Made by a program: the position numbers and the translations under genes
Assembly: GCA_001179505.1 (NCBI GenBank)
Contig: CDMY01000264.1
Coordinates: 62,001 to 126,000 of the forward strand
DNA from: Vitrella brassicaformis CCMP3155
Taxonomy: Eukaryota > Protista > Chromerida
Reading direction: 5' to 3'
Length of the DNA stretch: 64,000 bases
The notes under the pieces: model-generated
The model's database searches: none
What the model was told of the DNA's origin: nothing
Seen by the model: only the letters and a program-made list of their open reading frames with translations
In this document: piece after piece, positions 37,661-48,790 of the stretch
How the letters are laid out: the number at the start of each line of letters is the position of its first letter
How positions within the stretch are numbered: the stretch's first letter is position 1

Positions 37661-40483
37661 ATCACACGCGTCGATTGATACCACACGTGTGTTCCTACCT
37701 TCTCGGCGATGAGCTGTTTGTGTGCTGCTTCATCCTGTGTGATAGATAGATAGATAGATGGGCTTATGCTTGTGTCCGTGTCGGTGTGAGCATGCTCATC
37801 GGTGTGCGCGCATATATACTTGTTTGAGTTGTTTTCTGGCCTTGTCCAGCTCCGTCTCATACCGAGACAGCTCCTTGCTGCTCACAAGAGGCAGGCAGAC
37901 AGACAGACTGACACGTACAGACACACGAGACACATACGGTCGTAGGCACCTGTGTGCTTCCTTGGCCTTGGCCATTTCCTCGTAGGCAGAGGCCAGCTGG
38001 TGCTCCAAATCCTTGATGCTGCACGCCATCCATCCATCCATCCATCCATCGTGCACATAATCGTCTGTGTGGATGCCTGCATACCGTTGTAAGAAGATGG
38101 AGACCTCGACCTCGCCGCCCTCCTTGCCCCGCTGCTGGTAGATGGGCTTCTGCTCTATCATGCTGCCGTCCCACCCTGAGGCAGCCTGCTGTGTCGGCTC
38201 CTTCTTCTCGAAGTTCCCTGTCTGCGCCTGCAGACATTCGCATGTGGATGGATGGATGTGTGGGCGCGTGTGTGAGTGTGACCTTGGCGAACGAGACGAC
38301 GCTCGATGGGCTCAGTGACGGGCGATCTGGGGTGTCGGACACACTTGAATCCTTCACACACACACGTATGCGGCAACGAGCAATGGCGCTGTGCGCTGGC
38401 AGCAGCACAGGTACCCACCTTCGGTCTTGAAACGGCAACAGGCGGCTGCAGGAAACCTGCACGCAAATTATTTCATTTCACCCGTGCAACCATTTTGAGT
38501 GAAGAGATGAATCTGTCCCGAGTGCCACTCTGTTACTGCCGTCAGATGGCGAGGTTTCCTCAATCACCGGAGGCAGCCTCTTGTTGGCCTCTTGCTGCTG
38601 CTGCGCCCTGGGCGAGTCGAGGCCGAATGAGGGAGAGTGGCCATAACCTCCCTGTGTGTGAATGTATTGCAGACACAGAGACAGACACGCATGGATCTAT
38701 GGATCTATGGATGGATCGATGGATGGATGTGTGTGTTTGGTCAAGGGGAAAGGGCACCTTGAACGAGAAAGAAGGTGAAACCGGGCTGCCCCCACTGACA
38801 CACACAGACAGACAGACAGACGGAGGAAAGGGAGAGGGAGAGGGAGAGAGTGTGTCCATCCACACACGTGTCTGTGTGAGCGTGTGTGTGTGTGTGTGCT
38901 TGCCCGCTGCCGCTGATGTTCAGGTTGACCTCTGACCCTACAGCACAAGGGATGCATTGATTGCATCGGTGTGTGTGGGTGCGGTTCCTGCCTACCACTG
39001 GCGCCCAGGTCGACGTTGCTCATGCCGCTCAGCAGCGACATCGAGTCGTCATGGTCAGTGGCGCCCAGGTGCACACAGCCGATCGTGAAGTGAAGCTGCA
39101 TTCCATGAGCACATCGACACACCACAAACCACACACCACACACCACACACACGGACGATTTGTGTGTCTGGACGGACATACAGCCGGCTGTGTGTGCGTA
39201 CATACCTGTGCGTCTTTGTCTCTACACTTGGCCAGTGGAACGGACACCTCCTTCACTGCACACATACACACACATGGATGGATGGACGGATGACCATATG
39301 TCACACACATACACAAACGTGCCTGTTGGCTGTGCGAGAGCGACGGTGCTGCTGGCTGGGAAAGGGTTGCTCGCATTGGGAGCTGACACATGAACACGCA
39401 CACGCGCACACACACACACACACACACACAGAAAGACGTAGACGGATGGAATGCGCACACGCACGTACATGCGGCATCATTGGCCGTCTCCCCGCCCCCC
39501 TCCTCGTGTTGCTCGTGCTTCTCTGCGGGCGGCTGGATCACACCTACACACACACACGCACACATGCACACACATGCCGCCCATGGGTGTGGAATATACG
39601 CGTGTGTGCGCACATACGTGGTGGCGGCACCGGTGCGTATTCGCTGAGGTCGAAACGGTACTCTCCCAGCACTGCTGTCCGACCTGCACACACACACATG
39701 AGAAGGATGGCAGGCACTGCTTGACGAGACGAGACGAGACGAGCACATGAACGGATGCACACATGGAGCCATACCTCTGTCCTTTTTGCTGGTGGAGATG
39801 ACTTGTATGACGGCCTCCTTGGGCATGTACTTGTCCTGCTTGTCCTGGTGCTGGTGCTTGTCCTGGGGCTGCTTCCCGCCACCCTGTGTATACGTATACA
39901 CATGACACACACCACACACACATCGCGTGGATGTCGGTGAATGTGTGGACGGAATGTCCACAGAACCGACAGACCTTCTCGCCACCCCTGAACAGCGTCG
40001 CCACCAACACGAGCCGCTCCTGTGGGGTGTGGAGGAAACCAAAAAATAACACAACACAACACACACAATATGCCGAAGACGCACGTGTCTGTCTGCATGT
40101 GTTTCATGTGTTGAGTGTGACGTGCCTGCATGCTGCACGTGCCCGTCTCCTTGCTGAGCGTCGCCTTCTGCCTCGTGGCAGACCGCTTCGGGCCTACATC
40201 AACGACAAATGCACCAATCCGATGCACCCTATTGAATCAGTCATACCTCTGATCCACTCGACGCGTATGTCCTTGTCCTCATCGGTCTTGAGCTCAACGC
40301 GATGCAGCGCCAACTCAAACCTATCATCACACAACACAAGTAATACACACACAATGCTCTTCGCGTGTGCAGATTGACTGACACACATCACAAATGCTTG
40401 TGCGTCTGTCTATGTGTGCCCACTTGCCTGTATTTCTCCCCCTCTTTGCCAATGTGGCGGGCCGCACGGAGAATGCGCGACAT
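35556..40483 (-). CDS. NT-C2 (EEIG1/EHBP1 N-terminal C2) domain protein with long coiled coil
   Basis: [19 protein letters not shown]|[25 protein letters not shown] resembles the EHBP1 N-terminus. Also [13 protein letters not shown] and [20 protein letters not shown], then many short E/K/Q/R-rich heptad exons. Ends [13 protein letters not shown]. Confidence 0.75.
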
Positions 40484-40830
40484 TGTGGTCGCTGAATGCA
40501 CAGGAACGGGAGCCCCGTGCGTAGATATACACTCACAGACGCGCAGGCCAGCTCACGCTTCAGGGGGGAGAAGGGAGAGCTGAGCTCGCAGTGAAGAAGC
40601 CGATTTTGTTTCACAGAGGGCCTTAAATCAACAGACCACTCCTGGCTTCTCCATTGCGGGGAGGACCGGGCAATGGAGAAGCGTCACAACACAAACGGTC
40701 CAAAACTCATATCGTAACACCACAACTTCACGATGTGTATACGCTGGTCTGCGTACTCGCGCACGCACATGCACACGCTCACAAACGTTCAGACACGCGA
40801 GTGCAGCCATGGATTGATGGATGGATTGGA

Positions 40831-43800
40831 TCAGGTAGACGGGCTGTGCTTGGTGTGCTGTGCATATTTGCCGAGCGCCCAGATGGGAAACACATTCCGA
40901 TACGCCTGCAGTAAAGCACTCATGCACATGGATCCCTCTGCGTCTCTGTGTGTGTGTGTGTGTGGCCTACAGTGTATGTGATGCCGACAGAGCGGTTGAA
41001 GACACCCACAATGTTCTCCTGAGAACACACAGACAGACACACGCATACACAGAGGAATGCAATGCATGTGTCTGCCCCCATGCACACACACGTGTCTGTG
41101 CTGTGGGTGGGTGTGAGAGCGTACCTGTGGCCAGTCGCCGTCACTGGTCTGTCGCGACATGATGTACTGGGCGGCGAGGTTGAGGGCCTCCTGCACACCA
41201 TGCCATGCACACACACGGGTGTGGGTGGATGGATGGATGGATGGATGCCTCATTACCTTGTCTGGACACTCTGCCTCGAGCAAAGCCAGCAGCGCCCAGG
41301 ACGATTGGATCACCTGCATTCATGGACACATCGCATGTGCTCTGTCTGTCTGTCTGTCTGTCTGTCTGTGCAAGTCGATGCGCTACGTTGCTCTGACGGC
41401 TGGCCGATTCGCGAACAGGGCCCTGCATACACCCACACCCACAGAACGACTTTGTCTGTGTGTGTGTGTGTGTGTGTGTGCGGACTGACCTGGTCGTATT
41501 TCCATGTGGTGCAGCTCTCGAACGACTCATACCAGCCGCCATCGGCCCTCTGTTTGCTGAGTATCATGTGTACGCATTTCTGGATGGCCGTGTGGGAGGG
41601 GGCCACACCACACGCCTGCACAGCAGACAGACAGACACCCACCGTGCCCATCACATGCATCCCTCTGTGTGTGTGTCTGGGCGTGGCGTACCCTCAGCCC
41701 CTCTATGGCGAACCATGACGCATAGGTGAAGCACACACCCCAAGAGCCATACCTACACACACAAGCAGATGGGGGCCTTTGCATGATCGAGATCTCTCTC
41801 TGTGGTTGTGAGTGTGTGTGTGCGTGTGTGTGTACCAGCTGCCGTCTTCCATCTGCTGCGCCAAGATGAAGTCACGCCCTCGCCTGTGTGTTCCATCCAT
41901 CCATCCATCCATCCATGTGTGTGTCATGATGTGGTTCTGCTCACCTGATGGCCCTCTCTATGTCGCTGCCTCGGTACTCCGGACGCACACGGGAAAACGC
42001 GCCAAGGGCTGCCATCCGTGCAGTGCACACACACAGGGAGGCAATGTGTGAGAGTGAGTGTGTGTGGCTGTGTATGGCACACGCCCACCAGTGACACATG
42101 CGCTGGTGCATTCTGTGTAGGAGTAGTCGATCATGATGTCGCCAAACGACTCGCACGGGTTCAGCAACTCATACAAAGGGGAACTGACACAATCCATGTG
42201 GGTATCACAGTGCGTAGAAAGAGAAAGCACTCACCCGCGCGTCGGCTCGTATGTGGCCCAGCCGCCGTCACGGTTTTGCAGCGAAAGGATGTAGTCGATG
42301 CCTACACACACATGACACGCATCTGTCAGGTAAAACAAACGTGCGCGTGCCTCTGCGTATGCGTGTGTGTGCGTGTGGGTACCGACCGTCGCACATGCGT
42401 TCATACGGGAGGCTGCCGTCCTTGAGCGCGTCAACTTGCGCCAAAGCAATGGAACACTGCACGCACACACACACACACACGTGTGGGCCGCCCTTGGTAC
42501 TCCCTGCGCCCACACTCACGTACCTTGATCCCCTCTGCCGTGCAGTCACTCACAGGCCAGTTCTGCTCACGATGCACACACAATATTCACATCGTGGATT
42601 TACACAGAGAGAGATGTGTGTCCCACTCACCTGGTCGCCCACAGTGAAGGGCCAGCCGCCCTTGCAATTGTGGCGGAAATACTTGGTGGTCGGCACATCA
42701 TGACACACCTGGGAGTTGTTGACGAACGCCTGTATCTTGCGCAGCATGGGCGTGTAATCGCTGTGTATGGGCGTGGACAAAGCCGCCTGTCACACACAAT
42801 CACGGATTCATCCACACGTTTGCGTGCGTGTGAGCAAACACACGTACTTGGCACGCGAAGGCAGTGTCCCACAGCTGAGAGCCGCACTGCACACACACAA
42901 GAAACAACACACACATCCATCCATCCATCCATCCATCTGTGTGTGTGTCACACACACGACGAACCTCGCCTTGCATCTTGATGCCGTCCTCTGCCAGCCA
43001 CAGGTAATCCGCCAGCCGAGGTATGTGCTTCCAGTACTCATCGCTCTTGGGGTTCTCGGCAAAGCAGCACAGCATGTTCAATGTCTAAATGATACGGAAA
43101 CAATTGCAGACCATGTGTGTGCGTGAGTGTTTAGGTGTGTGTTTACTTTGTTGACAGGTCCGATGCAGATGTAGTAGCTGAAGGCGTCTTCGTGGTGGAC
43201 ATACTCCATGGCGAATCGCATGCACGCACTCCTGTCACACACACAAGGACACACAGATGGATGGATGGACGGACGGATGGATGGATGGACAGAAGCGCGT
43301 GCACTTCGTTGTTTTCTGACCGACCGGAATTTGCGCAGCGCACCGACATGAGGAACGACCCTGTACACGTACACACTTGTGCAGATCCATGTGGCCGACA
43401 CGGAGTGCTCTGTGTGCGTGTGTGCGCGTGTGAGTACCTCTCGTATACGGAGAGAAGTGAGATGAGAACCTTCATGGGCACTGAGCAACACACAGACGTG
43501 CTGATATATACGGGCTACACACACACGTATAGCTACCCACCGGCCACTTCCACATAGCAGTCGATGTCGGCCGACGGCGTCTGAAATGCACTCAATCAAC
43601 GTGCCATGATCATGCAGATACCCATGTGAATAATGAGTCATAATACGCTTGCCTGTCTGGCTTTCGCCCAGTCGACTCGCTCATAGGGGCACGTGTAGAG
43701 CTCGGTCCGCAGTGACAGCACCTACACACACGTGCGCCCGCGCACACACCGACGTCACACGGGTGAGTCACTTACATACATTATTCGCACCAGTGTGTCA

Positions 43801-45785
43801 TTTGCGGCGTCTTTGCTGTATCTCTTGCCGTAGAGGTAGCTCATGGGCAGCTTCACCAGACGGGCATGCACCCACACGTTGCCAGGGTGAAAGGGGAACC
43901 ACCTCGGCAGGCCCCACAGCTGTTTGCATGAACGCATCACACACAAGTGTGCAGACACAAGTGGTGGGCCTGGGCTTGTGTACGTGCGTGTATGATGCTG
44001 ACCTCTGGCGGGATGGGCATCAGCCCGTCCCACTCGTACACACCCAACACACACAGCCAGAACCGACACCTGTGTACGCATACACATGTACATATACATA
44101 ATATACGTACGTGTGGATGCGTGTGTATGTATGCCTCACTAGCAAACACCCGTACCAGAGTGGCGACCTGACGGCGCCCCCATGCGCGTGAATGAACGCC
44201 TGTTTCGCCGGGCACACACACACACACACACATCCATATATATACACGTATGTATGTATGTATGAATGAATGATATACATACAGCATCTGTCAGTGATGT
44301 GTACAAGTATAGCATGTGTCAGTGATCGATCGATCGCACCCACCCGTGCGAGTCTGCAGCTCTTGTGCTCTTTGTCAGTGCCGAGCAGCCGCAGCGACAC
44401 GTAAGACAGCACAGTGCCGAACATCGTCGACGCACCTGCACGCACACAAATGCACACAGACATATTGCAGCAACGCGCATACAGACAGAGAGTGCGTCCT
44501 TTTGCGTGTGCGTGTGTGTGTGTGTGCACACTTACCTTCGATGTGTGTGCCCCAGCCGCCATCAATCTGCTGGTGGTTGCGCAGGTACACACACAGCCCT
44601 GAAGACAATACAGACGGACAGACAGGTACTTATTTGCTGTGTGTGAAACGCGCGAAGACCCCCGTACCTCGCTTGACGTGCTCGCCGAGGTCATGGCCTA
44701 CATGCAGTGCACACGTAAGTCACCTGTGTGTCGTTTCTGAGTGTGTGCGTGCCCGCCCACCAGTGATGTAGCAAGCGATGACCAGACCGGGAATGAGGAA
44801 ATGCGGACCTCTGTCGGCACACACACTTGATGAATGTACACGTACACCTGCACACGTACCCATAGTCGCCTGCGAAGTGCCCGTCGTCGCACTGCAGCCT
44901 CTCGTAGAAGGACAGCCCCTTGCGCAGACACGAGACCGCTGTTGCATGGACACGTCGACACATGCACACATTTGGGAGTGTGTCGCATGTGTTTGTGTGG
45001 GTACTTGCGCCCTCCTCTCTCTCTTCCGGCTGATCCTTGGCTTTGCTGCGGGCTAGCAGCTGCCTCCTGCACACGGACACACACGTAGTCATCTGGATGA
45101 ATGTATGTATCGATTGACGTGCACCTCAGCGGTTTATCAGCGGCGTTTGGATTGATGTGTGGATCGAACGAGTCGTCGGCTGGCGAACTACCTGCACCCA
45201 CCCACACGCGCAGACAAACAGACAGACAGATGCACGTGTGCAGTGAGTCAGTGTATCATCAATCTGTGGGTGTTCTTGGGCGTGTGAGTGCGCACCTGTC
45301 TTGCTGACGTACCGCCACACCTGACGGCCAACGAGGGAGCCGGTCAGCTGACCTGTATGTGAGTGGCCCAGCGATGAGTCGATGTGTGTATGTGTCTGCG
45401 TGTGTGAGTACCCTTCTCGTCTTTCTGCACTGATTCATCGCTTGATGTGAACACCCTATGCATATACATTTGCACACACATTTATACTATGCACACACGA
45501 AGGGACGGACACTAAGCTCAGCGCACCATCCTTGTGTGGCCTCGCCGGTTTCTCTCCTCAGCTCCTCGTCACGCACAGCGGAAAAACACGGATACCTGAC
45601 GCACACACACACACAGAGAGAGTCGCACACACAGAGTGTGAGCCAGATCTGCAGGCGAGATGTGTCCCCGAACAGATGCGCATCTATGTCCACCTGGCCT
45701 TGGGGCGCCGCCTCTTGGTGCATTGCTTCACCAGCCAGGCGAATACGCATTGGAAAGGCGACACTATAAGCGACAACACGTCCAT
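40831..45785 (-). CDS. OSC: 2,3-oxidosqualene cyclase (lanosterol/cycloartenol synthase family)
   Basis: [27 protein letters not shown] motifs ([32 protein letters not shown]), [19 protein letters not shown], catalytic [29 protein letters not shown]. Confidence 0.96.
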
Positions 45786-45958
45786 CTAGGCCTCCTTTCA
45801 CCGCCTGCGAGCTTAGCTTCGACCCGGCTCACAAAGGCAGAACGAACTGATTCATCGCACCACTCTGTACTCGCCGTCACTGATCAACTCACAGCCAGCG
45901 GTCATCCTCAAGCAAAGATCATCCCTTCCCGTCCTTTCGGTGACGACCAATAGTGGCC
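45786..45958. promoter_or_regulatory. 173-bp divergent intergenic region, OSC / 2OG oxygenase
   Basis: Lies between ATG 45785 (-) and ATG 45959 (+). Carries GCTAAGCTCGCAG on the - strand at 45805-45817. Confidence 0.6.
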
Positions 45959-47773
45959 ATGGTGGCAGGGGCGCTGCTGCTGATGCTGGTGCTGCTTCCA
46001 TTCATCTTGCCGTCGGCATCTGGCTTCGTCCTTCCCAGCCCGAGCCAACGACTGAGAGCACCGGCTGCCCAGAAGGTCACGCGACTGAGTCAGGAGCAAC
46101 AACGGGAGGCTTACGATTGGGCTCTGACGCACATCGAGGACATCGTATCGCTTCCCTTCTTCATCGAGGGCACCATTGACAGTGCTGTGCCGGTCATCAG
46201 AGGCAAGACGGGAGACTGGGCACTCGACTTATCGGAGAATCCAGAGGAGGATCTGAAAGCTGCGTATGCGTCCGCCACTCAGTCGCCGGTCGGTTTGCTT
46301 GGCGAGGAGCCAGCTGACAGGGTGGATTTTGAGCATCGAAAGTCGAGGGAATTCGCAGCCAGCGATCTGCAAATAGAGGGAACGATGGCGGGTTGCACTT
46401 ATCTGCAATACTATACACCGTGGAAGTACCAGAAAGATCAATGTCAGTACAGCACCAATGACACATGGACTGCAGTCATCGAGGAAATATGTCAAGAAGC
46501 CGCCGACAGGAATTCGCCGGGCAGCGAAGTCAAAGCAGAACTGTACAAGGTAAAGGATTTCGTTGATGCAGCCGCAAGTCTTGCTCTCTATGATGATCCA
46601 CGTCTATGTTGTCATCGCAGATGCTGATTTACGGCGAGAGGGACCATTTTGCAAAACACATCGATACACAGCGCTCGGCAGACATGTTTGCGACGCTCAT
46701 CGTCTCTCTCCGACCGAGTACAAAGGAGGAGCTTTCACGCTGTGGAAAAATGGAGAAGCTCATGAAACCAGCGATTCTACTTATTGTCTACCCTGGGTAG
46801 CCTTCTATTCTGACGTGCCACATAGCGTCGAGACAGTCACTTCGGGCTATCGCTGTGTCCTCGTGTACAATCTGAGCCGCCGGCAAGTTGGACAGAGGTG
46901 CGGAGAAGCAAGATCACGGAGAAATTTGTGGGGTCACTAAAACAGTGGTTTCAGGAGACAGAGAGGTATCCTCACATGTGTGCGTTGGGTGCGTGCGTCA
47001 GAGGTGTTTTTTGGTTGTGTGTGTTTTCAGGCCTTGGCGATCGCCCTCGAATATGAGTACACCCCTTCGAGCATTGGCATGGAGTATCTGAAGGGCAGGG
47101 ACAGATTGCTCTATGACATATTGGCCGAGCACTTCAACATCAGTCTAGAGATAATTCATCAGAATTGGAGAGCTCTGCCAGATGTTGATGGACAATGACG
47201 TCATTGTCACACGTTGTGCGGGATGGATATTGTTAATCCTCCTTATCTCGAGCTGTTCGATGAGAGCAACGACAAAGGGGCGTGGCGCTGGTTCCTCGCC
47301 TTGGAGGATGATGAGTTCTCTTCAGGTAAGCATTGGTCATTTTCAGCCAGGGATCACCGGTTCTGACTGGTGTATCTTTCGTGTCTCTCTCCTCTTTGTT
47401 CCATTCAATGCAGATTACATTGAGAAGTAAGCGACAGAAATGGGCGCTCATTGCTCTCCGTGAGTGACGACTTGAAAACGCTTTGGTCTATACAGGTTCG
47501 GCAAAAGGAAGTCGCTCGTTGGATTGAATATCGGTCGTCGGACGGGCGGATTCGAGCCGGACGAGGAACAGGGCCGATCTTTGCAGAAAAGCCACAGACC
47601 ATCAAGACAGAGATGGTGCGATTGGGCAACCAGATGGGGCCAAGTAAGTAAGACACTCGAATGGATGGACTCATCGACAGCTCATGTCACTCACGCCCTT
47701 GAATGTGCGTGTGCGGTGTGCAGGCCATTTTCAGTATCTGAGCGTCGCCTTGGTCATCCACGGCCCCAAATAA
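45959..47773 (+). CDS. 2OG-Fe(II) oxygenase superfamily protein with bipartite plastid-type leader; C-terminal part may be disrupted
   Basis: Leader MVAGALLLMLVLLPFILPSASG-FVLPSP. Core: KAELYK|MLIYGERDHFAKHIDT (HxD), FATLIVSL, YKGG, WVAFYSDVPHSVETVTSGYRCVLVYNL (distal H and R). TGA at 47196-47198, then further protein-like exons ending GNQMGPSHFQYLSVALVIHGPK*. Confidence 0.8.
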
Positions 47774-48175
47774 GAGAGTCAGATAGACCGACAGAGCGCG
47801 TACCTGCTTGAACTGGCTTCTGGTGTCAGGCCGCTTGATGCTTCTGCTCTGCATAGTTAATTGTGATCACAATGACAATGTGGTAGTCGTTTTGGTTGTG
47901 ATAAGGTGTGTGTTTTGTGGCAAATTTGTGGTGTGACGATGGAACGGGCCGAACGGCCGGACATACATGGACCTGAGGCATGCAATCGGTTGATCAAATG
48001 CCACATCTTGTCATGAGTATGACATTTGGCATTTGATCAACCCAACTGCATCGAATTTTTGACATGAAATAAGCTGTCAGCGAAGTTTTGTACATCACAC
48101 GCGGGTCGATTCATCTGTCTGTCTGTGTGTATCTCTGTGTGTGCGTATCTGTCTCAGGTGCAACCGCAGGACACG

Positions 48176-48394
48176 ATGGCACCGTTTTTCGTCAAGGCGA
48201 CCGCCGACAACAAGAAGAACGTGTGGAGATACCCAGACCGTGTGGTGTGCTCGAGCGAACATGGCCGCAGGTGGGAGCTGGGGGCGTGGAAGAGCGAGGC
48301 AGATGCAGAGAGGGCCGTAGTGAAGGTGGCGCAGTGGCTGTGCGACAACCCCAGGGGCTATCTGGGATGGGGCCCGAAGTCCACACAGACGTAG
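48176..48394 (+). CDS. Small hypothetical protein (72 aa from this ATG; may have an upstream exon)
   Basis: GC3-rich, microsatellite-free ORF MAPFFVKATADNKKNVWRYPDRVVCSSEHGRRWELGAWKSEADAERAVVKVAQWLCDNPRGYLGWGPKSTQT*, preceded by an intron-like acceptor at ~48157. Confidence 0.55.
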   Translation: MAPFFVKATADNKKNVWRYPDRVVCSSEHGRRWELGAWKSEADAERAVVKVAQWLCDNPRGYLGWGPKSTQT

Positions 48395-48790
48395 CGAGCT
48401 GACTGAGACAGACAGAGAGGCCTTTAGTGTGTAGCTTCCTCTTGTGTCTTCCTGTGGGACAGACAGCCCCAGGCCGGCTGCAAGTGGGTGTTCCGGTGAG
48501 AGAGAGGAGACAAGAGATTAGTCCATGCCGGCGGCTGGATGGATGAGGGAGGATAGGATGCCACACACATGGATGGATGGATGGATGGACGGATAGATGG
48601 ACGGTGTGTGATATGGCGTTCGCTGACAGTCACCACTCCATAAATGTGCATACGACGGACGCATACATACATACATACATACACGCAGTTAGAGAGAGCA
48701 GTCTGCCAAATGCCCTACTTGCGGGTCTGGCGCTTCTACAGGTATACACATGGACACGGGCTACTGCTTGTAGTTCATTCAGGCCGCTAC

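Noticed and set aside
47196-47198. Selenocysteine recoding of the TGA in the 2OG oxygenase
   Set aside because: The position is not a redox-motif site, I identified no SECIS element, and an intron or nonsense mutation is simpler.
1810-47773. A window-wide triterpene biosynthetic gene cluster (P450 + aminotransferase + OSC + 2OG oxygenase)
   Set aside because: The P450 is ~36 kb from the OSC with unrelated genes between, and the predicted compartments differ (ER, mitochondrion, plastid). Only the OSC/2OG adjacency is kept, as a weak finding.
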